From Treponema sp. (GTDB lineage Bacteria > Spirochaetota > Spirochaetia > Treponematales > Treponemataceae), in assembly GCA_014803985.1 (NCBI GenBank), contig JAAVAO010000024.1:20006-84005 (forward strand): a stretch of 64,000 bases of DNA, in the 5' to 3' direction. The translations under genes were made by a program, and so were the position numbers. Positions 30,199 to 41,713 of the stretch are shown one piece after another. The notes beneath the pieces are model-generated. The model did not search any database. It was given only the letters and a program-made list of their open reading frames with translations, and was not told the DNA's origin. How positions within the stretch are numbered: the first letter of the stretch is position 1; each line of letters opens with the position of its first letter.

Positions 30199-31479
30199 CT
30201 AGTCGTGAAAAAGCTCGCCTTGTTCCGTCGACCTCAGTTCTTGCTGTCGTTTTATAATTTTTTCAATCAACGTGCGGTTATCAAGCAAATCGCCAATAGA
30301 CTGGTTATGATGAATGCGTGTAATAATATTTGCAAAAAGCCCCGAAACATCAGTGCTAATATACCATTCACGATTTAAAAGCTCTTCATGATACACAGCA
30401 TTCGTTCCAATTATTCTATAAAAAAGCCCCTGCTTATACCCTTCATCAAAAAGTTCAATCGCATTTCCCGTGAAAAATGGCAGGCTAACTGCGGCTATTA
30501 CTTTTGTTGCACCATTTTCCTTTAAAAAACTCATCGCCTTTAAAAGCGTGCCGCCCGTTCCAAGCATATCATCGGCAAGGAATGCAATCTTTCCCTGCAC
30601 ATCACCCAAAAGCTTCACTGACTTTATATTCGTGTCCTTTGCATTTTGAGTGACAACAGAATAATCCCGCTCTTTATAAATCATTGCCAAAGGAAGTTTC
30701 AAGCCGGATGCATAGAATTTATTCCTGTCAATTGCGCCAGTATCAGGACTCACAACAACCATCTCTTCTTTTTGACCTGTTAAATCAACAATTCCCCCAA
30801 GCTCTCGAATAATCTGGTAACTTGCATGTAAATTTTCTAGATTGATAGAGGAAAATGCGTTCACAATTTCCCGCGAGTGAATATCAAGGGTTATTATTCT
30901 GGAAACGCCGAGCATTTCATAAATATGCCCAAGCATACTTGCAGTAAGACCTTCGCGCCCCTTTTTTTTGTGCTGACGACTATATGGATATGCGGGAACT
31001 ACCAATGTAATTTTGCCGGCTCCTGCCTGTCTAATCGCATCGATTGTAACCAAAAGGCACATCACATGATCATTCACAGAAAGCGAAATTTTGTTCTTTC
31101 CGCCGTTTAAAGAAAGTATTTCGTGGTTTTCAACGTCTTGAAAGATAAACACATCCTTTCCGCGGATTGACTCGTTTATTTCTGTTTTGAATTCACCGTT
31201 TGCAAAGTAAGTGAACGTTGTATCAACTTTAAAGACAGGGGGACGAAACTTATCCACCGCTCCTCGAACAACAAGTGAAGAAGTTGAAATATCGTTGTTA
31301 AAATTGATTTTCTTTATCAACTCATCTTTGTCAATGCTATAACGCTTCAAAATGGCATCGTTCTTTAAAGTAAAACGGTGCTTATACATATTCTTTAAAT
31401 GTTTGATTACAGCATTCGCAAAGGACTCTCCACCTGGACATGCTATAACCGCTAAATCAGTTGGCTCGGAATACGGCAT
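30199..31479 (-). CDS. prs: Ribose-phosphate pyrophosphokinase
   Basis: FANGE, YPYSRQ, LDIHS, VSPDTGA, DDMLGTGGTL. Confidence 0.95.
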   Translation of the reverse strand: MPYSEPTDLAVIACPGGESFANAVIKHLKNMYKHRFTLKNDAILKRYSIDKDELIKKINFNNDISTSSLVVRGAVDKFRPPVFKVDTTFTYFANGEFKTEINESIRGKDVFIFQDVENHEILSLNGGKNKISLSVNDHVMCLLVTIDAIRQAGAGKITLVVPAYPYSRQHKKKGREGLTASMLGHIYEMLGVSRIITLDIHSREIVNAFSSINLENLHASYQIIRELGGIVDLTGQKEEMVVVSPDTGAIDRNKFYASGLKLPLAMIYKERDYSVVTQNAKDTNIKSVKLLGDVQGKIAFLADDMLGTGGTLLKAMSFLKENGATKVIAAVSLPFFTGNAIELFDEGYKQGLFYRIIGTNAVYHEELLNREWYISTDVSGLFANIITRIHHNQSIGDLLDNRTLIEKIIKRQQELRSTEQGELFHD

Positions 31480-31741
31480 TATAAAAAACCCCTTTTCTAA
31501 AAAGCACAGTTATTCTAGCATTTTTTATCATTCAGCACAAGAGTTCATTCTCACTTTTCCAAAAGGACACACAAAAAAGTATGCCACAAAGAAATACATC
31601 GTCTCTCCCATTTTCAAGCAGTACTTAAAACGCCCCCTTTCCCGCATCTCTTGCACCACGATTAAACGCTTCCTTTTATAAATTGTCTGCATTAGGTTTG
31701 TGGCACTGTTCATTTTAAAAACCTTTTGGTATACTTCTCTT

Positions 31742-32221
31742 ATGATTAAAAATTATATGTGGATATTTTTTATTTCGATGGTTCCGCTTATTGAACTTCG
31801 AGGGGCAATTCCTGTTTCGCAGGGACTGAAAATGCCCGTCATCCCCTCTTACATCGTCTGCATACTTGGAAATATGATTCCCGTGCCAATAATTTATCTA
31901 TTTGCCAGGAAATTTCTTGAATGGGGAAGCGGAAAAAAAATCATTGGAAAAATCTGCGACTTCTTTTTAATCAAGGGAAAATCCGCAGGTGAAAAATTGC
32001 AGTCAAAAGCGGGACGCGGTATTTTTGTAGCATTGCTGCTCTTTGTGGGAATACCGCTTCCTGGTACGGGAGCGTGGACAGGAACTCTGGCGGCAAGCCT
32101 TCTTGACATGAGCTTTAAGAAAACTATCATTGCTGTAATGCTCGGCGTTCTTCTTGCAGGCATTATAATGATGGCAGGAAGCCTTGGTCTTTTTACCGCA
32201 CTATTTTCCATAGCAAAATAA
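31742..32221 (+). CDS. COG2426 small multi-drug export family membrane protein
   Basis: SMVPLIELRGAIP and FVGIPLPGTGAWTG signatures. Confidence 0.9.
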   Translation: MIKNYMWIFFISMVPLIELRGAIPVSQGLKMPVIPSYIVCILGNMIPVPIIYLFARKFLEWGSGKKIIGKICDFFLIKGKSAGEKLQSKAGRGIFVALLLFVGIPLPGTGAWTGTLAASLLDMSFKKTIIAVMLGVLLAGIIMMAGSLGLFTALFSIAK

Positions 32222-32295
32222 AAATCAATGGACACCCCGTTCAGACGGCTTGCAATGCTCCACCCCAATGAAGTCCGCTTGCCAATACAGAGCAT

Positions 32296-32694
32296 TTACG
32301 ACCTGTTCTTTAATACATAAAATCCACCGGAAATGAGCCCAACGCCCAAAAGAGTTAGGGCGGAATTACCTTCAATTTTTTTTAACACTGATAACACAAC
32401 AACGCACACTCCCATCGCCAATTCCACAGCGATTAAAGCAGTGTTTATAATCTCATCGATCTTTTTATTTGAATTCACCTTCCTTTTTTGCGCATTAAAC
32501 AGCTCATCAACGGAAATTCCAAACATCTCTGCAAGTTTTGGAATTGTATTGACATCAGGACAAGACAAATTCCTTTCCCACTTTGACACAGCCTTATCTG
32601 TAACATTCATTTTCTCTGCCAACTCACTCTGTGTCATACCTTTCTCTTTTCTCAAAGAACTGATCATTTCTCCAAGCGTTTTATTGTTCATCAT
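32296..32694 (-). CDS. XRE HTH regulator with two C-terminal TM helices
   Basis: LRKEKGMTQSELAEKMNVTDKAVSKWER..S.PD. Confidence 0.9.
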   Translation of the reverse strand: MMNNKTLGEMISSLRKEKGMTQSELAEKMNVTDKAVSKWERNLSCPDVNTIPKLAEMFGISVDELFNAQKRKVNSNKKIDEIINTALIAVELAMGVCVVVLSVLKKIEGNSALTLLGVGLISGGFYVLKNRS

Positions 32695-32883
32695 ACCCTC
32701 TCTTTTTTTTCATTCATCATTTTTGTGCGGATTTTTTAACATCTCTATATACATTGAATATACAGCCACATCCCACATATCGCAACCGACTGACAGTTTC
32801 ATTGTCTCAACTACTAGTTTAATTTTGAATACAAGACAGAAAATGACGGAAAACGGCAGAAAGAGCATTTTCACACACTTTTT

Positions 32884-33630
32884 TTACATCTTTGCACATT
32901 CCATTATGCATATCTCTGCGGTGCGAATGTCTCCCAGCCGGCGGTAGGACTCGGCCATCTTACGGAGAAAAAAGGCATTGTCCTTTTGAGAAAAGCCCAT
33001 ATCAAGCGCACGCTCCCAAACGTCTATGCTCAACTCATCGCTTAAAACGCCATCCACATTACGCTTTAAAATATTCAGGGTAAAATCCATAACTTCAGGA
33101 AAAAACAAGCGAAAATAATTATATCGCTTCTCTAGCCCTATAATTTGTTCAAGAAGAATAATCGCATCGTAGTATTCACCGCGCAAAACCAGCTCCTCGG
33201 CAAGGATATATCCATAGTCCATAAAGTCTTCGCGCGAAAACCACTGTTTTAGTGAAAAATCTGCATGGTTCATATTCATACGCTTGAATTCTTGAACTGC
33301 TTCATCCTCGCGATTATGCATCAAGTCAAAAACAATCAACTTTGCGCGGCTCTCATAGTCTGTCCGTGCAATAAGCCATTCGTGATAATCAAATGAATTC
33401 TTGTTCTTTTTGCCCGAGTGAAAGCGGGTGTAGAATGAGACGTCAAAAATGGAGCGTTGCTTTTTGTCAGAAAGAATTTTATATGCTTTGACCAAGAGTC
33501 GAAATTTTTCTGAATTGTGAGAATGTGTAGCGTCAGGATGAAACAACTTCGCCTTTGCCCTATATGCCCGTTTTATTTCGCTGGCAGTTGCATTCTGTCT
33601 TACGCCGAGTATTTTATAGCAATCTATCAC
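32884..33630 (-). CDS. J-domain protein with helical C-terminus
   Basis: D.YKILGV..NA..SEIKRAYR..AK.FHPD. Confidence 0.9.
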   Translation of the reverse strand: MIDCYKILGVRQNATASEIKRAYRAKAKLFHPDATHSHNSEKFRLLVKAYKILSDKKQRSIFDVSFYTRFHSGKKNKNSFDYHEWLIARTDYESRAKLIVFDLMHNREDEAVQEFKRMNMNHADFSLKQWFSREDFMDYGYILAEELVLRGEYYDAIILLEQIIGLEKRYNYFRLFFPEVMDFTLNILKRNVDGVLSDELSIDVWERALDMGFSQKDNAFFLRKMAESYRRLGDIRTAEICIMECAKM

Positions 33631-34130
33631 AGGACTTTAAAAAGCGCCTCCATATTAGGCTTATTAACCACAAGGACAGGACAATGCGCATAATTAACAA
33701 TGTTGCTGCGAGCATGGGCAAGCACGCTTTTTCTTTCTTGATCAGCATCGATATATGACGAGGGGTTTTCTTTTCCGCCGACCAAAATCAAGTCCGCCTT
33801 AAAACTGTCAGCAGCACGGATAATCTCTGTGCCGACCGCCCCTTCAACCAGTTCAGTTTCAATTACAACGCCTTTGCTTTTTGCAAGACCATCTATATAT
33901 TCAAGACAGTGTTTTCCCTCATTAGAAAGAGAAGTTTTGTATTCGTCTCTTTCATCGGAAGAAAGGAATTTTGCCGCCGAAAGGTACTTTAAAGTTGCTG
34001 TGTCAACAACATACACGGCTTTCATTTTTATTTTCAGTTTTTTTGCAAGAGCAATGCCATACATAGCGGCAATAACTGAACTATGCGCTCCGCTAACTGC
34101 AACCACAATATTTTTTAAGATAGAATTCAT
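33627..34130 (-). CDS. Universal stress protein
   Basis: NIVVAV, ADLILVG, HCPVLVV. Confidence 0.9.
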   Translation of the reverse strand: MNSILKNIVVAVSGAHSSVIAAMYGIALAKKLKIKMKAVYVVDTATLKYLSAAKFLSSDERDEYKTSLSNEGKHCLEYIDGLAKSKGVVIETELVEGAVGTEIIRAADSFKADLILVGGKENPSSYIDADQERKSVLAHARSNIVNYAHCPVLVVNKPNMEALFKVL

Positions 34131-34151
34131 ACGTCTTAAACTCCCCTGTCG

Positions 34152-34769
34152 TTAAGAATTTCGTTTTTTTAAGGCTTTTAGGACAAAGATGTTTTCCCTT
34201 TCCTTTTCTTCAAGCACATTTTCTATATAGTTCTTCGTTTCAAGAGTCTGCGGAATCACATGCTTGCTCAGAGCGTTTACCCTTCTCTGCGTTTTTTTCA
34301 CTTCTCCTGCCAGTCGCCACACAATGGTTCTAATTGAAGCCATTTGAGTTAAAAGGGAAAGAAGTTCAAAAAACTGCCCGATCATATCATCGGTATTGGC
34401 ATACGTTCCAATCATTGAATAAAACAACTGTTTGCTTGGGATAGTCATATCAAGCGATGAAAAAGACATACCGGCAATAGTCACTTGTTTTTCATGCATT
34501 TCAAATTCATAGTGAACATCATGCGAAATTCTCTTGAGTTGATCACTTCCATCAGCCATCAATGTTCTTTTAAAAGCAGGGTATGCACGCTCCGTTGCAG
34601 TGGCTATGTCGTCTTCAAGCAACTTAACTTTGGCAACCATCCGCATAAGCTCTTGCACAAGGATTTCACGCTTTTGCTCAAGAAGATCATATCCGTTTTG
34701 AGAGATAGAAAGCTGCTCCTTCATTGCAAGAAGATTTGATTTTGTCGGCGCAATATTCAATCTTGCCAT
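34152..34769 (-). CDS. ntpD: V/A-type ATP synthase subunit D
   Basis: PTKSNL, GYDLLEQKR, KKTQRRVNAL..VIP. Confidence 0.93.
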   Translation of the reverse strand: MARLNIAPTKSNLLAMKEQLSISQNGYDLLEQKREILVQELMRMVAKVKLLEDDIATATERAYPAFKRTLMADGSDQLKRISHDVHYEFEMHEKQVTIAGMSFSSLDMTIPSKQLFYSMIGTYANTDDMIGQFFELLSLLTQMASIRTIVWRLAGEVKKTQRRVNALSKHVIPQTLETKNYIENVLEEKERENIFVLKALKKRNS

Positions 34770-34841
34770 ATTAACCTCACATAATAAACAAAATCCCACA
34801 CTCTTTTGCATACACAAAACGCAGTGTACAACAAGCCCACT

Positions 34842-36227
34842 CTATATGGCAAAATCATCCCCGCCATACTTTTCTATGAATTCAGACTTTATTCGGAACA
34901 ATTCTTCCTTTGGCAGCTCCTTTAAAACCGACCAGCCAATTTCAAGAGTCCTCTCTATAGCCCTGTCCTCGTATTCGCCCTGTGAAAGAAATTCATTTTC
35001 AAAACGCTCGCCAAATTTCAAATAGTGCTTGTCAAGCGTTGAAAGTTCTTCTTCGCCAATAATAGACGCAAGATTTCTGATGGACTTAACCTTTGAATAG
35101 GCGGCAAAAAGCTGGGACGAAACATTAGCGTGGTCTTCACGAGTCATTTTATCGCCAACCCCATCTTTCATAAGTCTCGAAAGACTTGGCAACCCCGCAA
35201 CAGGCGGATAAACGCCTTTTGAATCCAATTCACGATCAAGAACAATTTGACCTTCGGTGATATACCCCGTCAAATCAGGAATAGGATGCGAAATATCATC
35301 GTTAGGCATCGTGAGAATAGGAATTTGAGTGATAGATCCCTCTGAAACCGTTATTTTTCCAGCCCGTTCATACAGTTCGGCAAGATCAGAATACAGATAG
35401 CCAGGATAGCCTTTTCTGCCAGGAACTTCACCGCGCGTAGTTGAAATCTCCCGCAACGCCTCACAATAGTTTGTCATATCAGTCATCACCACAAGAACAT
35501 GCATTCCCTTTTCAAACGCAAGATATTCAGCGGCAGTAAGCGCACATCGAGGGGTCATAATTCGTTCAATAGAGGGAGCATCCGCAAGAGACTGAAACAT
35601 CACTACCTTTGAAAGAACTCCCGACTCCTCAAAAGCATTCACAAAAAATTTCGCAACGTCATACTTTATTCCCATTCCCGCAAAAACCATAACAAATTGT
35701 TCGTTGGAATTGCGAAGTTTTGCCTGTCGAATAATTTGCGCTGCAAGCCTGTTATGAGGAAGTCCGTTCCCTGAAAAAATCGGAAGTTTCTGTCCTCTCA
35801 CAAGACTGTTCATACCATCAATCGCAGAAATTCCCGTCTGAATAAAATCACGAGGATATGAACGCGCATACGGATTTATCGGGTTGCCATTCACATTCAT
35901 CATTTCTGAAGAAATAATATCCGGATACCCATCCATCGGCTCTCCCAATCCATTGAAAACCCGCCCCAAAAGTCCCTCTCCAACTCGAAGTTCAAGCGGT
36001 CTTTCAAGGAATTCAACCGAACTTTCAACAAGGTCAATGCCGTTTGTGCTTCCAAAAATCTGCACAACACAAAGCGATTCGGAAAGGTCAATCACTCTGC
36101 CAAGTCTTTTTTCACCATTTCTATCTCGAACGCAGACAGTTTCATTGTAAAACACATTTTCAGTCCTTTGCACAACAACAATTGGACCGTCAACAGAAGT
36201 CACTGCGCGATATTCAATTCCTCTCAT
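34842..36227 (-). CDS. ntpB: V/A-type ATP synthase subunit B
   Basis: [44 protein letters not shown]. Confidence 0.96.
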   Translation of the reverse strand: MRGIEYRAVTSVDGPIVVVQRTENVFYNETVCVRDRNGEKRLGRVIDLSESLCVVQIFGSTNGIDLVESSVEFLERPLELRVGEGLLGRVFNGLGEPMDGYPDIISSEMMNVNGNPINPYARSYPRDFIQTGISAIDGMNSLVRGQKLPIFSGNGLPHNRLAAQIIRQAKLRNSNEQFVMVFAGMGIKYDVAKFFVNAFEESGVLSKVVMFQSLADAPSIERIMTPRCALTAAEYLAFEKGMHVLVVMTDMTNYCEALREISTTRGEVPGRKGYPGYLYSDLAELYERAGKITVSEGSITQIPILTMPNDDISHPIPDLTGYITEGQIVLDRELDSKGVYPPVAGLPSLSRLMKDGVGDKMTREDHANVSSQLFAAYSKVKSIRNLASIIGEEELSTLDKHYLKFGERFENEFLSQGEYEDRAIERTLEIGWSVLKELPKEELFRIKSEFIEKYGGDDFAI

Positions 36228-37996
36228 AATGCACCTGCCTTGCTATACACAGATTCAAGTTCTCTAAACTGCTCGTCAAGATGCACTTGAACGTCATTGA
36301 TTTTTTCAATTTCATCGTTTGGAATGTCCATCTTTATACGCACAATTTCATTAGCAACTGAAAGAGAATTGATTTTCGTGAGCTGACAGCCATTTTTTAT
36401 CACGTTCAGGGCGCGATTATAAAAATCCATCATCAACTGAAGTATTTTTATTTGCTTTTCAGATGAACAATACATATCAATGTCATCAAACGCATTTTGC
36501 TGCAAAAACCCATTTTTTATCATTTCAGCAACCTTTAAAACCAATCTGTCAACATTGGGAAGCGCGTCTGGACCGATAAGATGCACAATCTGTTCAAGTC
36601 GCTGCTCCTTTTTTAAAAGCTCCAACGCCTCAAGTCTCACCTTCCACCACAACGGATTGTGATTTTCCCACCATTCACGCACTTCAGCGGCATATTCTGA
36701 ATACGAATCAATCCAACCAATTGCAGGATAATGACGCGCATTTGCCAACTCCCTGTCCAACGCCCAAAAGCAGCGGATAAATCTCTTTGTGTGCTGCGTT
36801 ACCGGTTCGGAAAAGTCGCCTCCAGGAGGCGAAACCGCGCCAATTACTGAAACGGATCCTTTTTCACCATTTAAAGCAACCACACGCCCCGCCCTCTCAT
36901 AAAAGGATGCAAGGCGCGTTGGAAGATACGCTGGAAATCCTTCCTCCGCTGGCATCTCTTCCATACGACCAGAGAGTTCGCGCAACGCCTCCGCCCAGCG
37001 GCTCGTTGAATCCGCCATAATTGCAACGTGCATTCCCATATCACGAAAATACTCGGCAAGCGTAATTCCAGAATAAAGAGACACTTCACGCGCTGCAACA
37101 GGCATATTCGATGTGTTCGCGATTAAAATCGTTCTTTCCATAATCGAGCGACCGGTTCGCGGATCAATCAATCCAGGAAATTCCGAAAGCACTTCCGTCA
37201 TTTCATTTCCACGCTCGCCGCACCCTATATACACAATTAAGTCCGCATCACACCATTTTGCAACAGCATGCTGCGTCATCGTTTTTCCAGTTCCAAAACC
37301 ACCAGGAATGGCAGCCGTTCCACCTTTTGAAAGCGGAAAGAAAATGTCTATAACCCTCTGTCCTGTCACAAGAGGCTCGGAAACCTCCAGTTTTTCAGAA
37401 TACGGACGAGGAACTCGAACAGGCCAGAACTGCGAAAGTTTTATCTCTTCATCAAATTCTGTTTTTCCGATAACGTCATCCACCGTATAATCGCCCGTTC
37501 CATAAAACGCTGCAAGAACGCGTCCGCGCACCGCAGGAGAAACCATAATTTTTTGTGTAACCGACTCTGTTTCTTTTACAGTGCCAAGCACAAAGCCAGG
37601 CTTTATTGCGCACCCTTTTTCGATCCCATCCAATGCTTCAAAATGCCACATTTTTTTTACATCAAGGGGTTCAGTTCTTTCTCCTGGAAGCAAAAATGCT
37701 CCCGATCGTTCGTACAAAGACTTTAAAGGTCTTTGAATTCCATCGTAAATTGAGCCTACCAGTCCCGGTCCCAAACGCAATGAAAGAGGACGCTCCTGAC
37801 AAACAATCTTTTCGCCGATGTGCATGCCGGTATCTTCCTCGTAAACCTGAACAGTCGCATTTCCCTTATTCTGTCTTATAATTTCACCGATAAGTTTCTT
37901 TTCGCCAACGTCAACAACATCGTAAAGTCCGCAATTATCAAGTCCCTCTGCATACACAATAGGTCCTGAAATTCGCGTAATCTTTCCTTCAATCAT
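36224..37996 (-). CDS. ntpA: V/A-type ATP synthase subunit A
   Basis: [10 protein letters not shown]-loop, [21 protein letters not shown]. Confidence 0.96.
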   Translation of the reverse strand: MIEGKITRISGPIVYAEGLDNCGLYDVVDVGEKKLIGEIIRQNKGNATVQVYEEDTGMHIGEKIVCQERPLSLRLGPGLVGSIYDGIQRPLKSLYERSGAFLLPGERTEPLDVKKMWHFEALDGIEKGCAIKPGFVLGTVKETESVTQKIMVSPAVRGRVLAAFYGTGDYTVDDVIGKTEFDEEIKLSQFWPVRVPRPYSEKLEVSEPLVTGQRVIDIFFPLSKGGTAAIPGGFGTGKTMTQHAVAKWCDADLIVYIGCGERGNEMTEVLSEFPGLIDPRTGRSIMERTILIANTSNMPVAAREVSLYSGITLAEYFRDMGMHVAIMADSTSRWAEALRELSGRMEEMPAEEGFPAYLPTRLASFYERAGRVVALNGEKGSVSVIGAVSPPGGDFSEPVTQHTKRFIRCFWALDRELANARHYPAIGWIDSYSEYAAEVREWWENHNPLWWKVRLEALELLKKEQRLEQIVHLIGPDALPNVDRLVLKVAEMIKNGFLQQNAFDDIDMYCSSEKQIKILQLMMDFYNRALNVIKNGCQLTKINSLSVANEIVRIKMDIPNDEIEKINDVQVHLDEQFRELESVYSKAGAL

Positions 37997-38625
37997 TTTT
38001 CACTTCCTCCGTCAAAAAGTGCATCGAAAAGCTCCTCTCGATATGTATTCATAACCTGCCCCAAAACTTCAGAAAGTGTTAGGCGACATCTAATTGATTT
38101 ATCCTCAGTTTCAAGGATTATTCCTCTTTTGTTTTCAATGCCGCAGTTATTTTCAACCACAATTTTATTAAATTCTGTCTTTTGCAAGGAAGCAAGAGCA
38201 ATTTGCTTTTCAAGCATCTTCTTTACAGTGCCCGTTTCAAATCCATAAATATATGCATTCACTTTTTTTGACTGCAATTTGTCTTCATATTTTGTAAGCG
38301 GCTTTAAAACTAACTCCAGCAACTCCTCTTCAGAAAGCGATTCAATATAATCGTTGACCGCCTTTTCAAGAGACACTTGCGCGTAGGTTACAAAAAAACG
38401 CTGCTTTTCAAGGGGAATACTCGCCTCCTCGTCCTTTTCAAACGCGGCGATTTTTTCCTCATATTTTAAAGCGCGCTCCTTTTTTGCCTGTTCAATACGC
38501 TCTGAAACAGATTTCAGTATTGCGTCTCTCTGTTCTTTTGAGGAGTTAATTATTTTTTCCGCTTTTTTTCGAGCGTCAGCCTGAATTTCCTTGTCAAGGA
38601 TTTCAGTAGAGCGTAATTCATTCAT
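37993..38625 (-). CDS. ntpE: V/A-type ATP synthase subunit E
   Basis: Operon position, N-terminal coiled coil. Confidence 0.75.
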   Translation of the reverse strand: MNELRSTEILDKEIQADARKKAEKIINSSKEQRDAILKSVSERIEQAKKERALKYEEKIAAFEKDEEASIPLEKQRFFVTYAQVSLEKAVNDYIESLSEEELLELVLKPLTKYEDKLQSKKVNAYIYGFETGTVKKMLEKQIALASLQKTEFNKIVVENNCGIENKRGIILETEDKSIRCRLTLSEVLGQVMNTYREELFDALFDGGSEK

Positions 38626-38633
38626 AAAAACCC

Positions 38634-38966
38634 CTAAATCTGAACTCCAATAGCCTCGCGGATTGCATCAGTCAGAGTCTTTTTTCCTTCTATATGCCCG
38701 CCGAGACCTGGAATTTCAACGATAAGTGGAAATTTTCCTTGCATTTGCCATTCACGTTCTTCCTCTTCGATTTGAGCAGCAGCCGACTCGGTAAGAATCA
38801 AAACTTTTGGCACTTCGTCAACAGGGAGAGCCAATTCACCGCCCTTTCCTGTAATCCGATTAAACGCATCCAAAATCTCACGGCGAGTTTCAGCAACTGT
38901 TCCCGAAATGCCAGTGAGTCTGAACGCCAAGACCATTTCCCTGTCACCTATAATGTAAAATTCCAA
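38634..38966 (-). CDS. ntpF: V/A-type ATP synthase subunit F
   Basis: IIGDRE..LAFRL.GI, PLIVEIP, IREAIG. Confidence 0.9.
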   Translation of the reverse strand: MEFYIIGDREMVLAFRLTGISGTVAETRREILDAFNRITGKGGELALPVDEVPKVLILTESAAAQIEEEEREWQMQGKFPLIVEIPGLGGHIEGKKTLTDAIREAIGVQI

Positions 38967-38981
38967 CTTTTCAAGCCCCTT

Positions 38982-39323
38982 TTACAGGACAACAATAAGC
39001 AGTCCTACAAGGAATCCCCAAAGACATATACCTTCCGCAAGACCAACAAACGGCAATGCCTTTCCAGAAAGTTCTGCATTCTCGCTCATTGCACCCATAG
39101 CGGCAGAACCGATTTTTCCAACGGCCATACCACCACCAATACACGCAATACCCACTGCAAGAGCCGCCGCGATATACTTAATCGCAGAAGAATAAGAGGA
39201 AGCGTTCTGCTCCTGCTCCACAACAACAGTTTCATCCACTGCTTCATTCTCGCTTTGAGCAGAAGCAAAACAAACAGAAAAACAAAGCAAAATTGCCGAC
39301 ACAACAAAGATTTTTTTAGTCAT
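38982..39323 (-). CDS. ntpK: V/A-type ATP synthase proteolipid subunit K/c (single hairpin)
   Basis: GGGMAVG..GSAAMGA.SE and GLAEGI conserved carboxylate. Confidence 0.9.
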   Translation of the reverse strand: MTKKIFVVSAILLCFSVCFASAQSENEAVDETVVVEQEQNASSYSSAIKYIAAALAVGIACIGGGMAVGKIGSAAMGAMSENAELSGKALPFVGLAEGICLWGFLVGLLIVVL

Positions 39324-39359
39324 ACCATTTCTCCTCGTGGGCAACGCCCCACATGTTAT

Positions 39360-41345
39360 TTATTTTCCATAGCGAAATTGAAGCGGTCTAAATTCACTTC
39401 CTGTTTCGCTAAAGAATTTACTAAAGAATTCATAATACTGGAGACGAATCACTTGAATTGCCACAATCATACCTTCAAGCACTATGACAATTGCGTTTCC
39501 AGCAATCAACACAAAAATTCCTCCGATCATCCCGCATTTTTCCGCCATCATTGAGATAATAAACCCCAAAACAGCATGGGCAAGAGCAAACGCACCAACA
39601 CGCACAAAACTAATTGAATTGGAAAGATATGTTGAAACAACTTCTATCAACTCGACAATGCCGCCAATAACCATCGCCCCCACTCCGTTTTCAAGGATCG
39701 GACGTTTTCCGTCAAGCAATCGCTCAAACGGCTCTCCAAATGCAGCAAAAAACAAAGTCCCTCCAATTACAATCCAGTCACACAGTGTCGGAGAATGTTT
39801 GAACGCCGCTATTCTAATCGCAAACGCAACCACATACCAAAAGAACAACGCCCCTGCAAGTCCTATTTTTCCAAATAATGCGCTGCCCCATTTTTTTTGC
39901 AAAATTTTATTTATTATGTTTATGATGAGCCCGACTGTATTTATTATAAAGCCAAGTGCAATGGTAACCCCAAATATGCCAAAAACAATCTTAATTGAAT
40001 TTGGACTTGCAGAAGGCATAACCTTTAAAATCGGAGCGCGGGGAGTGCCAAAAAGACCGGTAACCCACAAGGCGAATGGTTTAAGCAACGTTTCATTCGT
40101 AAAGAATTCGCCTGTTATAAGCCCCATGACAGCACTTGAACACCCAATCGCCATAAAAATCGGAGCGAATTTATTCCAGCCACCAACTTTTATTTTTTTT
40201 GCTGCCATAAGGATTCCCACCAAAAGGAAAACCAGCCCCTGTCCGCAATCGCCGAACATTATTCCAAACAAAACGGTGAAAAACACCGCAACAAACGGAG
40301 TTGGATCAATTGTTCCGTAAAATGGCGAGCCATAACTAAAAATCAACCTTTCAAAACTGGAAACGAATTTTCCGTGCTTTAATTTAACAGGAACTTGCTC
40401 CTTGCCTGAAATAACCGACGGCACTTCCATAGGCAAATACTCTCGAATCGCAATGCGCCCCTCTGTCATTTGGTCAAGTTCGCTCATAAACACAGAAACT
40501 TCATCGCTCGGTATCCAACCGACAAGCCGATACACAAGAGCAGTTGATTCAAGACTATTCTTTATGTCAAAAACTTGATAGGCAACGGAAAACGATGCCA
40601 ATAGTCTTTTTAGGCTCGCCTCATGCGTTTCAGCAAAATTGCGTTTTTCTTCTTCAAGAACAGCAAGCGTCCTTTGCGCCTCGTCCCTTTTCAAACGCAA
40701 ACTAGTCAATGCATCTTCAGGAATGCCCTTAAAGTCATGAGGAATTTCCATATTAACAAAGCCGAATCTCTTTAATTCCGTATCGAGAGAAAAACGTCCT
40801 TTTTTTGATGACACCGCCATAATACGCGACGTATCGTTTCCAAGAGAAATGATTACCGCTTCGCTTCCCAATGATTCTTTTAATGCATTGATATTTTCCG
40901 CAGGGATTTTTCCAATCCGTATAGATAAAAATGAAAGATGTTCTAGTTCTGAATAAGACACCTTTAAATTTGAAAACGCCATCGCCTCGTTGTAGGCGCT
41001 CTCAATTCTAGACACCTCTGTATTTTGCGTTTCAAATCTCTCGAAAAGATCGCTCACCGCTCCAATAATTTTTGTCGCTTCATTTCTTTCATCGTCTCCT
41101 GCGCGTGGACAGTCAAGAACGTCATTTTCCAAATCGCTTATATTCAAAAACAGACGAGCCTTCTGCAAATTGTCAAATATTTCCCTGTCAATATTTACAG
41201 CCTCTTCTTTTTTTTCAGCAACTGCATCGTGTTTTTTAGACTGAAACTGGAAACACCCCTTTTTTCCAAGGTATTCAATCACATTGGAAACATCCTGTGA
41301 CATCGCCATAATTTCAATCAAACTCATCTGTGTAGTTCTCGCCAT
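39360..41345 (-). CDS. ntpI: V/A-type ATP synthase subunit I
   Basis: YG.IDPTP, GIMFGD.GQG, SN.ISF.RV.AFALAH, IRLQYYEFFSKF. Confidence 0.95.
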   Translation of the reverse strand: MARTTQMSLIEIMAMSQDVSNVIEYLGKKGCFQFQSKKHDAVAEKKEEAVNIDREIFDNLQKARLFLNISDLENDVLDCPRAGDDERNEATKIIGAVSDLFERFETQNTEVSRIESAYNEAMAFSNLKVSYSELEHLSFLSIRIGKIPAENINALKESLGSEAVIISLGNDTSRIMAVSSKKGRFSLDTELKRFGFVNMEIPHDFKGIPEDALTSLRLKRDEAQRTLAVLEEEKRNFAETHEASLKRLLASFSVAYQVFDIKNSLESTALVYRLVGWIPSDEVSVFMSELDQMTEGRIAIREYLPMEVPSVISGKEQVPVKLKHGKFVSSFERLIFSYGSPFYGTIDPTPFVAVFFTVLFGIMFGDCGQGLVFLLVGILMAAKKIKVGGWNKFAPIFMAIGCSSAVMGLITGEFFTNETLLKPFALWVTGLFGTPRAPILKVMPSASPNSIKIVFGIFGVTIALGFIINTVGLIINIINKILQKKWGSALFGKIGLAGALFFWYVVAFAIRIAAFKHSPTLCDWIVIGGTLFFAAFGEPFERLLDGKRPILENGVGAMVIGGIVELIEVVSTYLSNSISFVRVGAFALAHAVLGFIISMMAEKCGMIGGIFVLIAGNAIVIVLEGMIVAIQVIRLQYYEFFSKFFSETGSEFRPLQFRYGK

Positions 41346-41713
41346 TTAAAATCTCCCATAAAAAATGAAAAGCGATTTGGCAAAACCACGCTTGCCCTTT
41401 ATGCACATTCGCAATGAAATACCCTGCAACAAGTGCACACCAGGAAATTTCAAACGAACTGCGCGCTTGATACGGACACCTCGAAAAACTTGGCTTTAGC
41501 AATTTTTTCGAATGTGCCAACGAGTTCTATCGTTGCTATACTAGCGCGACAATAGAACATTACATTTTCAAAGTTACCTCTAAAAACTGAAGTGTTTAGA
41601 AGTAACCATAAACAGGTTCACGCAAAAGTGCAAACCTGTCAAGATAAAAAAAGTGCACCATATATGCGATGCCCTTATCCTCACTATAAAAAAAGGAAAC
41701 GCCGCCACTCTTT

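Noticed and set aside
38694-40320. Long antisense ORFs (286 and 278 aa) over ATPase genes
   Set aside because: Shadow frames of well-supported genes; no motifs or RBS.
41610-41660. c-di-GMP-I riboswitch resemblance (GCAAACC)
   Set aside because: Lacks the GNRA tetraloop/receptor and second stem, and lies antisense to the operon.
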